From: an uncultured cyanobacterium
Lineage (GTDB): Bacteria > Cyanobacteriota > Cyanobacteriia > Cyanobacteriales > CAWCAG01
Direction of reading: 5' to 3'
Length of the DNA: 64,000 bases
NCBI GenBank assembly: GCA_963793425.1
Contig: CAWCAG010000005.1
Span: forward strand, 928,001-992,000
Below are positions 20,549 to 31,843 of the stretch, piece after piece. Every line of letters starts with the position of its first letter. Position 1 is the first letter of the stretch. The notes under the pieces are model-generated. The model searched no databases. It was not told where the DNA came from and saw only the letters and a program-made list of their open reading frames with translations. Both the position numbers and the translations under genes were made by a program.

Positions 20549-22537
20549 CTATTCTACCTGCTCATAGTCAGCCGTAACTGTCTCATCTTCGTCAAAGTTA
20601 AACTCAAACGGGTCTTCTGATTCTTCAGTTTCTTCTGTTGCTACAGTAGGTTGCTCATCATCTGCTACAGTAAATTCTTCATCATCATCATCATCTACTG
20701 CCTCAAACTCTTCATCTACTCCCCGGTTAGCTTGATTGTACACGTCCGTACCCACAGCCAACATAGTTTGACGGAACTCTTCGAGCTTAGTTTTAACTTC
20801 TTCTACGCTAATAGAAGTATCATCAAGCGCCGCTTCTAATTCCTCTCGTCTCTGTTGAACTGTTACCTTCAGATCCTCACGAATTAAATCAGCATTATCT
20901 TTCAAAGTAGACTCATAGCTGTAGAAAAGACTATCAGCCTGATTTCTCAGTTCGACAATCTCCATACGGCGACCATCTTGTTCAGCAAACTGCTCTGCTT
21001 CCTGGCGCATCCGCTCTACTTCTGAGGTACTCAACCCACCAGTATTGGTAATGCGGATACTTTGTACGCGCCCAGTACCCTTATCTTGGGCGTTAACTTT
21101 AAGAATGCCGTTAACATCAATTTCAAAGCTAACTTCAATTTGCGGTACTCCTCTTGGGGCTGGGGGAATACCTGTCAGTAAAAATTTACCCAAGCTCTTA
21201 TTATCTTTGGCCATGGCCCGTTCCCCTTGGAGAACGTGAATTTCTACTGAGGTTTGACCATCGGTAGCGGTAGAAAAGACCTGAGATTTACTAGTAGGAA
21301 TGGTTGTATTGCGCTCAATAATTTTTGTAAAGACTTCTCCTAATGTTTCAATTCCTAAAGATAAAGGAGTAACATCTAGCAACAATAAGTCTTCAACTTC
21401 TCCCCCTAAGACTCCTCCTTGAATAGCCGCCCCAAGGGCTACCGCTTCATCAGGATTAACCGAGCGGTCTGGCTCTTTGCCACCGAAGAAGCTTTTAATA
21501 GCCTGACCCACAGCCGGTATCCGGGTAGAACCACCGACCATGATAATGCGGTTAATCTCATCAGGATTGAGGTCGGAATCTTTAAGAGCTTGTTTAACCG
21601 GAACAACAGTACCTTGAATTAGTTCGCTAGCCAATTCCTCAAACTGAGCTTTAGTAAGTTCAGTTTCCAAATGTTTGGGTCCAGTTTCATCAGCGGTGAT
21701 AAAAGGTAAGTTAATGGAGGTAGTTGCCATGCTAGAAAGTTCAACCTTGGCCTTCTCAGCAGCTTCCCGCAGGCGCTGTATAGCCATTTTGTCTTCACTT
21801 AAATTAATACCTTCATTTTCCTGGAAATTGTCACTCATCCATCGAACAATCACATTATCAAAGTCGTCGCCCCCCAAGTGGTTGTTACCAGAGGTTGCCT
21901 TGACTTCAAAAACCCCATCTCCGAGTTGAAGTATAGAAACGTCAAAGGTTCCTCCTCCTAAGTCAAAGACGAGAATATGCTGCTCTTCATCTTGCTTATC
22001 CAAACCATAGGCTAAAGAAGCGGATGTCGGCTCATTAATAATCCGCATCACTTCCAAGCCAGCAATAGTACCAGCATCTTTAGTAGCTTGGCGTTGAGCG
22101 TCAGTAAAATAGGCTGGTACTGTAATTACAGCCTGGGTGACAGGTTCCCCCAAAAAAGTTTCTGCATCAGCTTTAAGCTTTTGTAAAATCATCGCTGATA
22201 TTTCTTGAGGGGTATAATTTTTATCCCTAATTTTGACATCTACAGTATTGTCGCGACCCTTTACACATTGATAAGGAACACGAGAACGCTCTTCTTCAGT
22301 ATCGTCCCAGCGACGACCAATGAAACGTTTAATACTATAAACAGTGTTTTCGGCGTTAGTAACAGCTTGGCGCTTCGCCAGTTGGCCGACCAGACGATCT
22401 CCTACTTTACCAAACCCCACTATACTCGGAGTGGTGCGTCCACCTTCATTATTAGAGATTACGATCGGTTTTCCACCTTCTAAAACAGCGACACAACTAT
22501 TAGTTGTCCCTAAGTCAATACCAATAACCTTTCCCAT
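20549..22537 (-). CDS. dnaK: Chaperone DnaK (grpE-linked paralogue with acidic tail)
   Basis: [27 protein letters not shown]-rich C-terminus. Confidence 0.97.
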   Translation of the reverse strand: MGKVIGIDLGTTNSCVAVLEGGKPIVISNNEGGRTTPSIVGFGKVGDRLVGQLAKRQAVTNAENTVYSIKRFIGRRWDDTEEERSRVPYQCVKGRDNTVDVKIRDKNYTPQEISAMILQKLKADAETFLGEPVTQAVITVPAYFTDAQRQATKDAGTIAGLEVMRIINEPTSASLAYGLDKQDEEQHILVFDLGGGTFDVSILQLGDGVFEVKATSGNNHLGGDDFDNVIVRWMSDNFQENEGINLSEDKMAIQRLREAAEKAKVELSSMATTSINLPFITADETGPKHLETELTKAQFEELASELIQGTVVPVKQALKDSDLNPDEINRIIMVGGSTRIPAVGQAIKSFFGGKEPDRSVNPDEAVALGAAIQGGVLGGEVEDLLLLDVTPLSLGIETLGEVFTKIIERNTTIPTSKSQVFSTATDGQTSVEIHVLQGERAMAKDNKSLGKFLLTGIPPAPRGVPQIEVSFEIDVNGILKVNAQDKGTGRVQSIRITNTGGLSTSEVERMRQEAEQFAEQDGRRMEIVELRNQADSLFYSYESTLKDNADLIREDLKVTVQQRREELEAALDDTSISVEEVKTKLEEFRQTMLAVGTDVYNQANRGVDEEFEAVDDDDDEEFTVADDEQPTVATEETEESEDPFEFNFDEDETVTADYEQVE

Positions 22538-22747
22538 AGAACTTCAGTAATATAAGGTGTGCGAGAAGCGTTGTGATTCAGCTTAAGTTGCTAAGACAAC
22601 TTTCTTAGATGTTAAGAACTAACTTGAGATCTAGCCAAAATTCTTACTAACACAGTGGTTGAAAAGTAATTTTGGCTGATCTCTAGCTTTCGAGAGACTG
22701 ACACCTCAATTTTCTTGTCTGATGCAGCCCATTAAAAACAATTTAAC

Positions 22748-23521
22748 CTACGGCTCTAGATTATTTACTTGTTCTTGAGCCTCTCCTGGTTGAGGATTTT
22801 CTGTACTTCCGCTCGGCTCTTGCTCAGCAGCAACTTTTACCATCGCGTGGCGCAGCACTTTATCCCCTAATAGATAACCCCTTACCAACTGCTCTATGAC
22901 TATACCTTCAGCATATTCACTGCTTGGTTCCCTAAAGACAGCTTCATGAAGGTTAGGGTCAAATTCTTGACCTTCAGGACGCATAGCCGAAACCCCGATG
23001 CGTTTTAATCCATCTACTAGTTGCTTGTATACTCCCTGATAGCTCTTATGAATAGCCATCTCTCCTTCATCAGCAGGCTTAATTTGAGAACGCGCTCGTT
23101 CAAAGTTATCTACTACCGATAATAATTCGGTAATAGTATTTCTCTTAACCTGCTGCTCTAAATCTTCTTTTTCTTTCTGTACACGCTTGCGCCAATTTTC
23201 AAAATCAGCAGCGAGGCGCATATACTTTTCTTTAAAAGAGTCTCCCTGCTCAGATTGTTTAGTTAGTCGCTCGTTTAAAGCAGAAATTTCTTGCTGTAAA
23301 GCTTGAATAACTACTTCTGCTTCACCAGATTCAGAAGAAGAGTAGCTTGTCTGTTGATCTTCTGAATCAGCTTTTTCGGTATCGAAAGAATCTAAAGTTA
23401 CTTCCTCTGTTAGAGTTTCAGTTACTTCGGGGGAGTTTTCTGGTTCTTTTTGCTCAGACATTCGGTGACTGTCCTCTGGATGCTCCAAAGTTTTTTCTGA
23501 GGGCTTTTGCTCATCAATCAT
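22748..23521 (-). CDS. grpE: Nucleotide exchange factor GrpE
   Basis: RLAADFENWRKR, DNFERA, FDPNLHEAV, GY...LRHAMVKV. Confidence 0.96.
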   Translation of the reverse strand: MIDEQKPSEKTLEHPEDSHRMSEQKEPENSPEVTETLTEEVTLDSFDTEKADSEDQQTSYSSSESGEAEVVIQALQQEISALNERLTKQSEQGDSFKEKYMRLAADFENWRKRVQKEKEDLEQQVKRNTITELLSVVDNFERARSQIKPADEGEMAIHKSYQGVYKQLVDGLKRIGVSAMRPEGQEFDPNLHEAVFREPSSEYAEGIVIEQLVRGYLLGDKVLRHAMVKVAAEQEPSGSTENPQPGEAQEQVNNLEP

Positions 23522-23973
23522 GATGTATTTTATTTAAAATCACAAAAGTAGACTTTTAATTTTTGGGACGGGAGATAATATTAGCTATATGTTTCTAGAT
23601 TTGCTTGCTCGGTGCTTTAAAGATACATATTTGCTTGTATTCCCAATAACTTATCTATCTTTAACTTAATGTAACATTTATAGATAAAGACGATGGTGTT
23701 ACCAAGCCTTAGAAGCAAAGCAAACAAGGTTTTTCTTGGGGAAAAGTAAATATCTTGCTCAAGCTAGGCCAATCCCAATAAAGAAAGAAGTTATCATCGT
23801 GAATATCTTATCCACTAATAAAGCTTTGGCGAAGAATATTCATCCCAGTCTAGTCAGAATCTAACTAATTCACCAACTAGCTAGCCTAGCTCTCGTTACT
23901 CAATATTAAAGAATAATTCTAGCCGAGGCAAAGAGTGAAAAATGTTTAATATAAGGAGCTATTCTCACCAACC

Positions 23974-25971
23974 ATGACTTCATCCTCACGGCGCTCCCGC
24001 GCTCTCGCCCTCAAAGACGATGTATCTCCATTTGGTAGGAAGCTGATCCAGTCGGGTTATGTCGATGATAAACAGATGCACCAAGCTCTGGCAGAAACCC
24101 GTAAGACTGGTCGTCCTCTAACAGAAATATTAGAGTCTCTTACTGGTCAGCAACTTTCTCCTGAATTACTACGCCAATTCAAGAAACAGCAGCTATTTGA
24201 ATTAAAAATACTCTACGGCGTTGATTCAGTAGATCCGGAGATAGACCCCATCGCCAACAATCAGATGAGTGAACTGATTGATACCTTGATTCCGGTTGAT
24301 CTGTGTCGCCGCCATAATTTGGTTCCTATCTCTAAAACAGAAACACCACCTTCTGTTTTAGTTGCCATGGTAGATCCTGATGATCTTGGCGCTCAAGACG
24401 ATCTTAATCGCATTCTGCGGCCTCAAAAAGTAGCCTTGCAAAGAATGGTCATTACTAAAGAGGACTATCAAAAGCTCATAGAAGGCTATTTAGATGAGCA
24501 AGTGGCTCAAGCTAAGCAACAAGAAGAAGCCTCTAGGGTTGATGTGGCTGAAGACCTAGAAAATCTAGGTAGCTTAGAAGATGCTCCTGATGAAGTAGAT
24601 GATGACCTTGATGCAGTGGGAGATGCTCAAGGCGCTCCTGTAATCAACTTAGTTAACAAAATACTGGCTAAGGGCTTACAAGATGGAGTTTCTGATATAC
24701 ATATAGAACCTCAAGAAGAGAGCTTGAGAGTGCGTTTCCGTAAAGACGGGGTACTCAGAGAAGTATTTAACCAGCCGCCAATACCCAAGAAAGTGACAGC
24801 GGCGGTATCTGCCCGTTTTAAAATCATGGCGGAATTAGATATTGCCGAGCGCAGATTACCTCAAGATGGCAAAATCAGGCGTGTTTTTCAAGGGCGTAAA
24901 GTAGATTTCCGGGTTAGTACCTTACCTAGCCGCTATGGAGAGAAAATAGTCCTGCGGATTCTGGATAATACCGCTACCCAACTAGGATTAGATTTTTTAA
25001 TTACCGATCCAGATACCCTAGAAATTGTCCGGGAGATGGCCAGTCGCCCCTTCGGGCTAATCCTTGTCACCGGCCCCACAGGTTCAGGTAAATCGACAAG
25101 TTTGTATTCTGTTTTAGCAGAAAGAAATAGCCCTGGGGTAAATATTAGTACCGCAGAAGACCCCATTGAATATTCCTTAGCTGGTATTACCCAAGTCCAG
25201 GTAATCCGCGAAAAAGGTATGGATTTTGCCTCCATTCTACGGGCTTTTATGCGTCAAGATCCTGATGTGATCTTAGTAGGAGAGACGAGGGATATAGAAA
25301 CAGCTAAAACCGCTATTGAAGCTGCCTTAACAGGACACCTAGTACTAACAACCCTCCATACCAACGATGCTGCTGGGGCGATCGCTCGCTTAGATGAGAT
25401 GGGGGTAGAGCCATTTATGGTATCTGGGGCCCTTCTTGGTGTACTAGCACAGCGTTTGATGCGAAAAGTTTGTGATGAATGCTGCTTAGAGCATCAGCCT
25501 ACTACTGAAGAATTAGCTAGATTTGGTTTATCCGCTTCCAGTGATGGAGAGATAACTTTCTACAAAGCCAATAGTCTACTTCCAGAAGAAATTGCTCAAG
25601 CTAGATCAGGAGGAACTCTTTGTAAAAAATGTAATGGCATCGGTTACAAGGGTAGAGTTGGGGTTTATGAGGTGATGCGCGTTAGTGAAAGACTACAAAC
25701 CTTAATTAACGAAGCAGCACCCACTGAGCGTATTAAAGAAGCTGCTGTAGAAGATGGTATGAAAACTCTGCTGGCCTATAGTTTAGATTTAGTCAGAGGA
25801 GGTCAAACCACCTTAGAAGAAGTAGAAAGGGTAACTTTCACAGATTCAGGTTTAGAAGCTGAGTTGAAAGCTAAACGTAAAACTTCTTTAACCTGCCGTT
25901 CTTGTGGAGCAGAACTACAACAGGATTGGCTGGATTGCCCCTATTGTATGACAGCTCGTTTTCAGGATTAG
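23974..25971 (+). CDS. pilB: Type IV pilus assembly ATPase
   Basis: GPTGSGKS, EDPIEY, MRQDPDVILVGETRD, HTND; C-terminal CxxC...CPYC extension. Confidence 0.95.
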   Translation: MTSSSRRSRALALKDDVSPFGRKLIQSGYVDDKQMHQALAETRKTGRPLTEILESLTGQQLSPELLRQFKKQQLFELKILYGVDSVDPEIDPIANNQMSELIDTLIPVDLCRRHNLVPISKTETPPSVLVAMVDPDDLGAQDDLNRILRPQKVALQRMVITKEDYQKLIEGYLDEQVAQAKQQEEASRVDVAEDLENLGSLEDAPDEVDDDLDAVGDAQGAPVINLVNKILAKGLQDGVSDIHIEPQEESLRVRFRKDGVLREVFNQPPIPKKVTAAVSARFKIMAELDIAERRLPQDGKIRRVFQGRKVDFRVSTLPSRYGEKIVLRILDNTATQLGLDFLITDPDTLEIVREMASRPFGLILVTGPTGSGKSTSLYSVLAERNSPGVNISTAEDPIEYSLAGITQVQVIREKGMDFASILRAFMRQDPDVILVGETRDIETAKTAIEAALTGHLVLTTLHTNDAAGAIARLDEMGVEPFMVSGALLGVLAQRLMRKVCDECCLEHQPTTEELARFGLSASSDGEITFYKANSLLPEEIAQARSGGTLCKKCNGIGYKGRVGVYEVMRVSERLQTLINEAAPTERIKEAAVEDGMKTLLAYSLDLVRGGQTTLEEVERVTFTDSGLEAELKAKRKTSLTCRSCGAELQQDWLDCPYCMTARFQD

Positions 25972-26066
25972 TTGAAAATGCAGTCATAAAAAAGCAGGAA
26001 ACCGGGAAGCCTAGTAGCAAAACCTTTCCTGCTTATTAGCACACAATAATTTAAGGAGAAAAACCA

Positions 26067-27212
26067 ATGCCGATGGATATGATGATTGAAGATTTGATGG
26101 AGCAGCTAGTAGAGATGGGCGGCTCTGATATGCATATTCAAGCTGGTGCGCCCATTTACTTCCGTGCTAGTGGTAAGCTAGCTCCCATTAACGAAGAAGT
26201 GCTTTCTCCTCAAGATTGCCAAAGGCTAATCTTTAGTATGCTCAACAATATGCAGCGCAAAGATTTAGAGCAGAATTGGGAATTAGATTGTTCCTATGGT
26301 GTCAAGGGTTTAGCCCGCTTTCGAGTTAACGTTTATAAAGAGCGAGGTTGCTATGCTGCTTGCTTGAGGGCTTTATCTTCTAAAATCCCTGACTTTGACC
26401 AATTAGGTTTGCCTGATGTGGTTAGGGAAATGTCAGAAAGACCGAGAGGTATGGTTTTAGTTACAGGACAAACAGGCTCTGGTAAAACCACCACCATGGC
26501 AGCGATGTTGGACTTGATTAACCGTACCAGAGCAGAACACGTACTCACAGTAGAAGATCCTATTGAATACGTTTTTCCCAACGTCAAAAGCTTATTCCAC
26601 CAACGCCAAAAAGGTGAAGACACTAAAAGTTTTGCCAACGCGCTTAAAGGTGCTTTGCGACAAGATCCTGACGTAATCTTAGTTGGAGAAATGCGCGACT
26701 TAGAAACCATCAGTCTAGCCATCTCCGCTGCGGAAACAGGTCACTTAGTCTTTGGTACTCTACACACCAACTCTGCTGCTGGTACCGTTGACCGTATGCT
26801 CGATGTTTTCCCTCCAGAACAACAAGGGCAGATACGGGCCCAGCTTTCCCAATCTTTGGTTGCTGTTTTCAGTCAATGTTTAGCGAAAAAGAAAAGTCCT
26901 AAACCAGGGGAATTTGGTCGGATTATGGCTCAAGAAATTATGATCGTTACCCCAGGTATCGCTAACCAAATTCGGGAAGGCAAAACTTCTCAAATTTATG
27001 GCTCTATTCAAACTGGTTCCAAAATAGGAATGCAAACTATGGAACAGTGTTTAGCTAACTTAGTTAGGCATGGCACGGTTTCTTTTGAAGAAGCAGTATC
27101 TAAAAGTGGTAAACCTGATGAATTACAGCGCCTGGTTGGTGGGGCTGGTGCAGCAGCAGCAGGGGCAAAAGCTCGTCCAGCAGCGGCTGGTGCTAGGACG
27201 GCCAGACGTTAA
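26067..27212 (+). CDS. pilT: Type IV pilus retraction ATPase
   Basis: GQTGSGKTT, LRQDPD, GTLHT, and the AIRNLIRE-like motif GIANQIRE. Confidence 0.95.
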   Translation: MPMDMMIEDLMEQLVEMGGSDMHIQAGAPIYFRASGKLAPINEEVLSPQDCQRLIFSMLNNMQRKDLEQNWELDCSYGVKGLARFRVNVYKERGCYAACLRALSSKIPDFDQLGLPDVVREMSERPRGMVLVTGQTGSGKTTTMAAMLDLINRTRAEHVLTVEDPIEYVFPNVKSLFHQRQKGEDTKSFANALKGALRQDPDVILVGEMRDLETISLAISAAETGHLVFGTLHTNSAAGTVDRMLDVFPPEQQGQIRAQLSQSLVAVFSQCLAKKKSPKPGEFGRIMAQEIMIVTPGIANQIREGKTSQIYGSIQTGSKIGMQTMEQCLANLVRHGTVSFEEAVSKSGKPDELQRLVGGAGAAAAGAKARPAAAGARTARR

Positions 27213-27360
27213 AGAGTTTTTCAAGAGGGAAAATGGTATTTGTTTTTTAGTTAGCCCTTTTCTCTCTTACATTTTATTAAAACTAAGACTCAAGTATAAA
27301 TTTGCTCCAGTCATTGCCTTATAGTCTGGAAAATAATTAATTTCCTCTTTCTTTTGAACC

Positions 27361-28575
27361 ATGCCTACCTTTATTGTTGATGTTCAAGACGCAGCGGGAA
27401 ATGCTACTAAAGAAAAAGTAGATGCTGTTTCCGAAGAACAAGCCCGTAGTATTCTCCAAAATAGATATCCTCTAGTTCTTAAAGTTAAAAAAGCTGGTAT
27501 AAATCTAGATTTATCTTCCATAGAACAGCTTATCACTTCTGTTTCAGTTAAAGATAAAGCCATCTTTTCTCGCCAATTTGCTGCCATGGTTAACGCTGGT
27601 GTAGCAATGGTTAGATGTCTGGGCGTTTTAGCAGATCAATGTTCTAATTCCAAGCTGAAAAAATCTTTGTTAGCAATCAGTAAAGATGTAGAGCAAGGGA
27701 ACGATCTTTCCTCAGCCATGGCCAAACATCCTGAATGTTTCGACCATCTTTATGTAAGTATGGTGCAAGCAGGAGAAACAGGTGGTGTTTTAGATGAAGT
27801 TCTTAACCGCCTTTCTAAAGTATTGGAAGATATTGCCAGGTTGCAAAACCAAATTAAATCGGCCATGGCTTATCCTGTGGTAGTAGGGGCTTTGGCAATT
27901 ATCATCTTCCTTGCCATGACCATGTTTCTGATTCCTGTGTTTGCAGAAATTTTTGAAGATATTGGTACAGAATTGCCTTTGCTTACTAAGATTATGTTAG
28001 AGATTAGTAAGTTTCTAAGAAGTTGGAAGATCGTTATTCCTTTTATCGCGGTTATTGTCTTCGTTTTTGTCTTCCGCCAATATTACAAAACCCCAATAGG
28101 TCGCCTACAAATTGACAAACTTAAATTAAAGATACCCATTTTCGGTGACTTAGTAGAAAAATCAGCAGTAGCTCGTTTTACCCGTGTATTTGGTACTTTA
28201 ACTCGTTCTGGTGTACCGATCCTTAGTAGTTTAGAAATTGTTCGAGATATTGCTGGCAACCAAGTAATTGCTAATAGCATTGATGCAGCCAGGGCAGAGA
28301 TTCAACAAGGGGGCATGATTAGCCTCGCGCTACAAAAAGATAATGTCTTCCCTTTGATGGCGATTCAAATGATTAGTATTGGGGAAGAAACAGGGGAATT
28401 AGATGCCATGCTCATGAAAGTAGCTGATTTCTATGAAGATGAAGTGGAACAAGCTGTTAAAGCTCTTACTAGTATTCTTGAACCAATCATGATGGTGGTT
28501 TTAGGGGGCATGGTAGGAACAATTTTGCTCTCTATGTATTTACCAATGTTTAAGGTATTTGAAGACTTAGGTTAA
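27361..28575 (+). CDS. pilC: Type IV pilus platform protein (T2SS F family)
   Basis: Two GspF domains (GETGG..DEVL, AMAYP, GEETGELD, LEP). Confidence 0.95.
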   Translation: MPTFIVDVQDAAGNATKEKVDAVSEEQARSILQNRYPLVLKVKKAGINLDLSSIEQLITSVSVKDKAIFSRQFAAMVNAGVAMVRCLGVLADQCSNSKLKKSLLAISKDVEQGNDLSSAMAKHPECFDHLYVSMVQAGETGGVLDEVLNRLSKVLEDIARLQNQIKSAMAYPVVVGALAIIIFLAMTMFLIPVFAEIFEDIGTELPLLTKIMLEISKFLRSWKIVIPFIAVIVFVFVFRQYYKTPIGRLQIDKLKLKIPIFGDLVEKSAVARFTRVFGTLTRSGVPILSSLEIVRDIAGNQVIANSIDAARAEIQQGGMISLALQKDNVFPLMAIQMISIGEETGELDAMLMKVADFYEDEVEQAVKALTSILEPIMMVVLGGMVGTILLSMYLPMFKVFEDLG

Positions 28576-28582
28576 TTAAATT

Positions 28583-29173
28583 ATGCCTGTTAAGCAAGTA
28601 CATTATGAAGCGCTACTAGCTGAATACAGCAATCATGAAGCTGCGATCGCACTTTTAAGAAATCATCGTCCTTACTTAGAGATGATTCCTAGTATGCGCC
28701 GCCCCGATGAAAGCGTGATTACGATCCCTTTACCAGTTGTGAGGATTCGTAAATTTGATGCCTCTCAAGGTTTTGGGAATCATATCACCCTTCCTGAACA
28801 AACCTTGAGTTTGCCTTGTGATCTGGCAATTGTCATGTGCGATCCAGAATGGAAAATCAAAATGGGGGTAGAAATACTACTATTTATTCATCGCCCCCAA
28901 GAAGATTTTTCCCAGTTATTAGGTCGTTGGCGACAGACTCAAGTTTGGTTAGATAAAGATTATGAATGGTTGATGCCTCTACGCCACCAACACATTCTTA
29001 GTGAGGGAGCAGATCGGGTTTATCCTCTCTTTATTGTTTTTGGTGAGACTCCAACTAGAATCAAAAAAGGCTTGGCAGGAGCTTGTCTGCCCTTTGTTAT
29101 TCAGACTCCTGATTTGTTAGCAGAAGAGGAAATGGAGGAGATTTTTCCGACAGAAGAGATGTTAGAGGGTTAG
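28583..29173 (+). CDS. Conserved hypothetical protein downstream of pilC
   Basis: 196-aa ORF starting 7 nt after the pilC stop; globular composition. Confidence 0.7.
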   Translation: MPVKQVHYEALLAEYSNHEAAIALLRNHRPYLEMIPSMRRPDESVITIPLPVVRIRKFDASQGFGNHITLPEQTLSLPCDLAIVMCDPEWKIKMGVEILLFIHRPQEDFSQLLGRWRQTQVWLDKDYEWLMPLRHQHILSEGADRVYPLFIVFGETPTRIKKGLAGACLPFVIQTPDLLAEEEMEEIFPTEEMLEG

Positions 29174-29335
29174 TAATTTGCTAATGGCTAATAGCTAATT
29201 GTTAGGTTAAATATTCATCCCCCCTTCCTCATACAAATCCGGTTATGATAGTCCCGCGCCATAAGATCTAGGAATAAATTGCTCCAATCCTTGCTCCCCT
29301 CACAAATAACCTGTGCTAGTAAACAGAGTCTAGTA

Positions 29336-30325
29336 TCACTTAACAAACTGAGGCATGATCTCGGCTGCGGTAAATAAACCGTGGATACCGCGTCTGTGTA
29401 AAGAAATTCCTGCTTTAAGATAACCAAAAGCTGGACCACAGACATTGGCTGCCATACTAGTTTCATCCCCAAGGGTAAAGGTATGGGTAGAAGTTTTGCC
29501 TTCAAAAGTACGACCTGTGATTTGCACATTGGTACTTAAGGGCTTTTGAGCATTACGAGTATCAACAACACCACCAACGAAGACGCGATCGCGAGGACAA
29601 ATACCAGCTAACTCTAGCATCACATCATCAGCGTGTTCCATATTCTCTAAGCTAAGAATCCCCTCCGTTTTATCTAACAAAGCCTCTACTTCAGCACCAC
29701 TCATAGCCTTAGCCTGTTCTACATCATAGCCTGGTAAATGAGCTATATCTTCTCTGATTGTGGCTCTGTAGGCTTCCCAATTAGCAATCCCCACCCCAAA
29801 GGTTATTTTTACTTGGTGAATTTCTACATAGCTTTGAGCAGCAATAGCTGCTGCTGCGGTTAGCAATCCTGGAGTAGCACCACAACCCGTTAAGTAAGTT
29901 ATTCCGGCTTTGGCTAATTCTTCTTTTAAAGTTAAAATTTGCTCCATAGCGCTAGTGCGTTTGAGAGCATCAACTAGCACTCCTTGCCAGCCAGAATTAA
30001 TAAACTGTTTAGCAACAGATGCCATAAAAGTGTTAGGCAAATTTGGTAAGGCCAGAAAGTATCCTTCTACAGAAGCCTTTGAGAGTAAATCTGCAATACT
30101 ATTATTGCTAAAAGCTCCATAAGGTTCTAAATAGCCAAGAGAGCCCTGAGATTGACAAACCTTAATACAACTATCTGGATCTAAACCTTGAGGGTTATAA
30201 GCGTAGCTTTTGAGGTCTGCGGCTGCTACCCAAGTAAGTTCTTGTTTCGCAGCTAATATTCTCGCCCCAGCTTGCCCCAAGCCACCGAAACCCAAAACCC
30301 CTACTTTAATTTTATCTGCACTCAT
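29336..30325 (-). CDS. bioU: BioU-type dehydrogenase-like biotin biosynthesis enzyme (BioA substitute)
   Basis: Rossmann GFGGLG, VDALKR, GCGATPG, MEHADD; recalled match to cyanobacterial/haloarchaeal BioU. Confidence 0.8.
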   Translation of the reverse strand: MSADKIKVGVLGFGGLGQAGARILAAKQELTWVAAADLKSYAYNPQGLDPDSCIKVCQSQGSLGYLEPYGAFSNNSIADLLSKASVEGYFLALPNLPNTFMASVAKQFINSGWQGVLVDALKRTSAMEQILTLKEELAKAGITYLTGCGATPGLLTAAAAIAAQSYVEIHQVKITFGVGIANWEAYRATIREDIAHLPGYDVEQAKAMSGAEVEALLDKTEGILSLENMEHADDVMLELAGICPRDRVFVGGVVDTRNAQKPLSTNVQITGRTFEGKTSTHTFTLGDETSMAANVCGPAFGYLKAGISLHRRGIHGLFTAAEIMPQFVK

Positions 30326-30659
30326 AATTCCTTCTCCCTGCTTGATCTAGATAGACTCTTATTATCTGGCTGCTAGCTCCGTTTTCCCTCAATAAGATCA
30401 GCTTTTTTTAGTAATTGCCCCAAAAATATATTTGTGTATCAATTTGTTAAGACGAAAGAGTTTTCAGGTTAATTCACCTTGACTAATTAGAAAGATTGAG
30501 TGAAACTTACACAAAAAAGGAGTAAAATACTCTGTAATTATTAACTTTTGCTAAACTTTCCTTAGAGTTACAAAGATTTTTGCTTTTTTTGAGTCCAAAG
30601 TAAAAAGCAAAATCATTACCTCATTTGATGAGGCTTACTAACCTATTCAGCCATTAAGC

Positions 30660-30872
30660 ATGGAAACCCTAGAGTTCATTATTTATCCCGATGGTCGGGT
30701 ACAAGAAAAAGTAACTGGTATTGTTGGTTGTTCTTGCAGCGAAGTTACCAAAGCTATTGAAGCGCAACTAGGTCAAGTGATGTCTGTAGAAAAGACATCG
30801 GAGTATTTCACCTCAAAACAAACCATATCAGCCTCACAACACAACTACCAAAAGACTTTCAGCGACTGGTAA
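30660..30872 (+). CDS. DUF2997 family protein
   Basis: METLEFIIYPDGRVQEKVTGIVG.SC..VT..IE..LG; first gene of a conserved triplet. Confidence 0.85.
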   Translation: METLEFIIYPDGRVQEKVTGIVGCSCSEVTKAIEAQLGQVMSVEKTSEYFTSKQTISASQHNYQKTFSDW

Positions 30873-30915
30873 CTTTTTTTATTTTAGTTTTAAAACCTTA
30901 TATAGCCCCAAAATT

Positions 30916-31302
30916 ATGTCACATTTTAGTAATATCAAAACCCAAATTCGCAATCTTGATTCCTTGAAAGCTGCTTTAACTGACTTAAATATTGACTGGG
31001 AATCCGGTCCTCGTTCTGTGAGAGGATATCAAGGTCAAACCCGCAAAGCTGAAGTTGTAGTTGAGCAGAATAATGACTACGATATCGGTTTTAGCTGGAA
31101 TGGCGAAGAGTATGAAATGGTTGCCGATTTACAGTACTGGCAACAAGATTTATCCGTAGAAGGTTTTCTTAAGCGAATTACCCAAAGTTATGCTTACCAT
31201 ACTGTGGTTAAAGAAACCTCTAACCAAGGATTCCAAGTTGCCCAACAGCAAAAAAATGAAGACGGTTCAATTTGTTTAGTCGTTCAACGCTGGAGTGCGT
31301 AA
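30916..31302 (+). CDS. ycf35: Ycf35 / DUF1257 family protein
   Basis: MSHFSNIKTQI...DIGFSWNG..YEMVADL..W. Confidence 0.88.
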   Translation: MSHFSNIKTQIRNLDSLKAALTDLNIDWESGPRSVRGYQGQTRKAEVVVEQNNDYDIGFSWNGEEYEMVADLQYWQQDLSVEGFLKRITQSYAYHTVVKETSNQGFQVAQQQKNEDGSICLVVQRWSA

Positions 31303-31733
31303 TGTCAGATTTTTCCCAAACACCAGAGCGTTCTGGTTTAGAACCAGAATTGGGAAGCGTATTTCGGGAGGACTTAGAACGTTCTGGTTTAGAGCCAGAG
31401 TTGGGAGGAGAATTACGGCAAAAAGGCGTTTATGTGGATGAGACTACTTGTATTGGTTGCAAGCATTGCGCCCATACTGCCTCTAACACTTTTTATATAG
31501 AAGATAGTTATGGGCGAGCGCGGGTAATTAATCAAAATGGTGATTCAGAGGTTTTAGTTGAAGAAGCCATTGATACTTGTCCAGTTAATTGTATTCACTG
31601 GCTTGATTATAACCAACTAAAGCAGTTGGAAGAGGAGAGGAAATATCAAATAGTTTTACCTTTAGGTTTTCCTCCTGCTCCTTCTACTTTGGTTGCCAAA
31701 AGAAAGCAAAAAGATCAAGACAAAAATCATTAA
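31302..31733 (+). CDS. Bacterial-type ferredoxin (Fed7-like) with N-terminal repeat
   Basis: CIGCKHC...CPVNCIHW. Start reassigned to ATG 31302 (TAATG overlap with ycf35). ERSGLEPELG occurs twice. Confidence 0.85.
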   Translation: MSDFSQTPERSGLEPELGSVFREDLERSGLEPELGGELRQKGVYVDETTCIGCKHCAHTASNTFYIEDSYGRARVINQNGDSEVLVEEAIDTCPVNCIHWLDYNQLKQLEEERKYQIVLPLGFPPAPSTLVAKRKQKDQDKNH

Positions 31734-31843
31734 GTTGCTAAGTGCTAATGATGAAAGAAAATAGAGAAGAACCAAAAGGCAATGATATTTTTGCTTGTTA
31801 CTTTCCTCATTAAAGCAAGATGAATATCTCACAGTTGGCTCAA

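Noticed and set aside
23522..23973. CIRCE element upstream of grpE-dnaK-dnaJ
   Set aside because: No TTAGCACTC-N9-GAGTGCTAA seen here or in the grpE-dnaK gap
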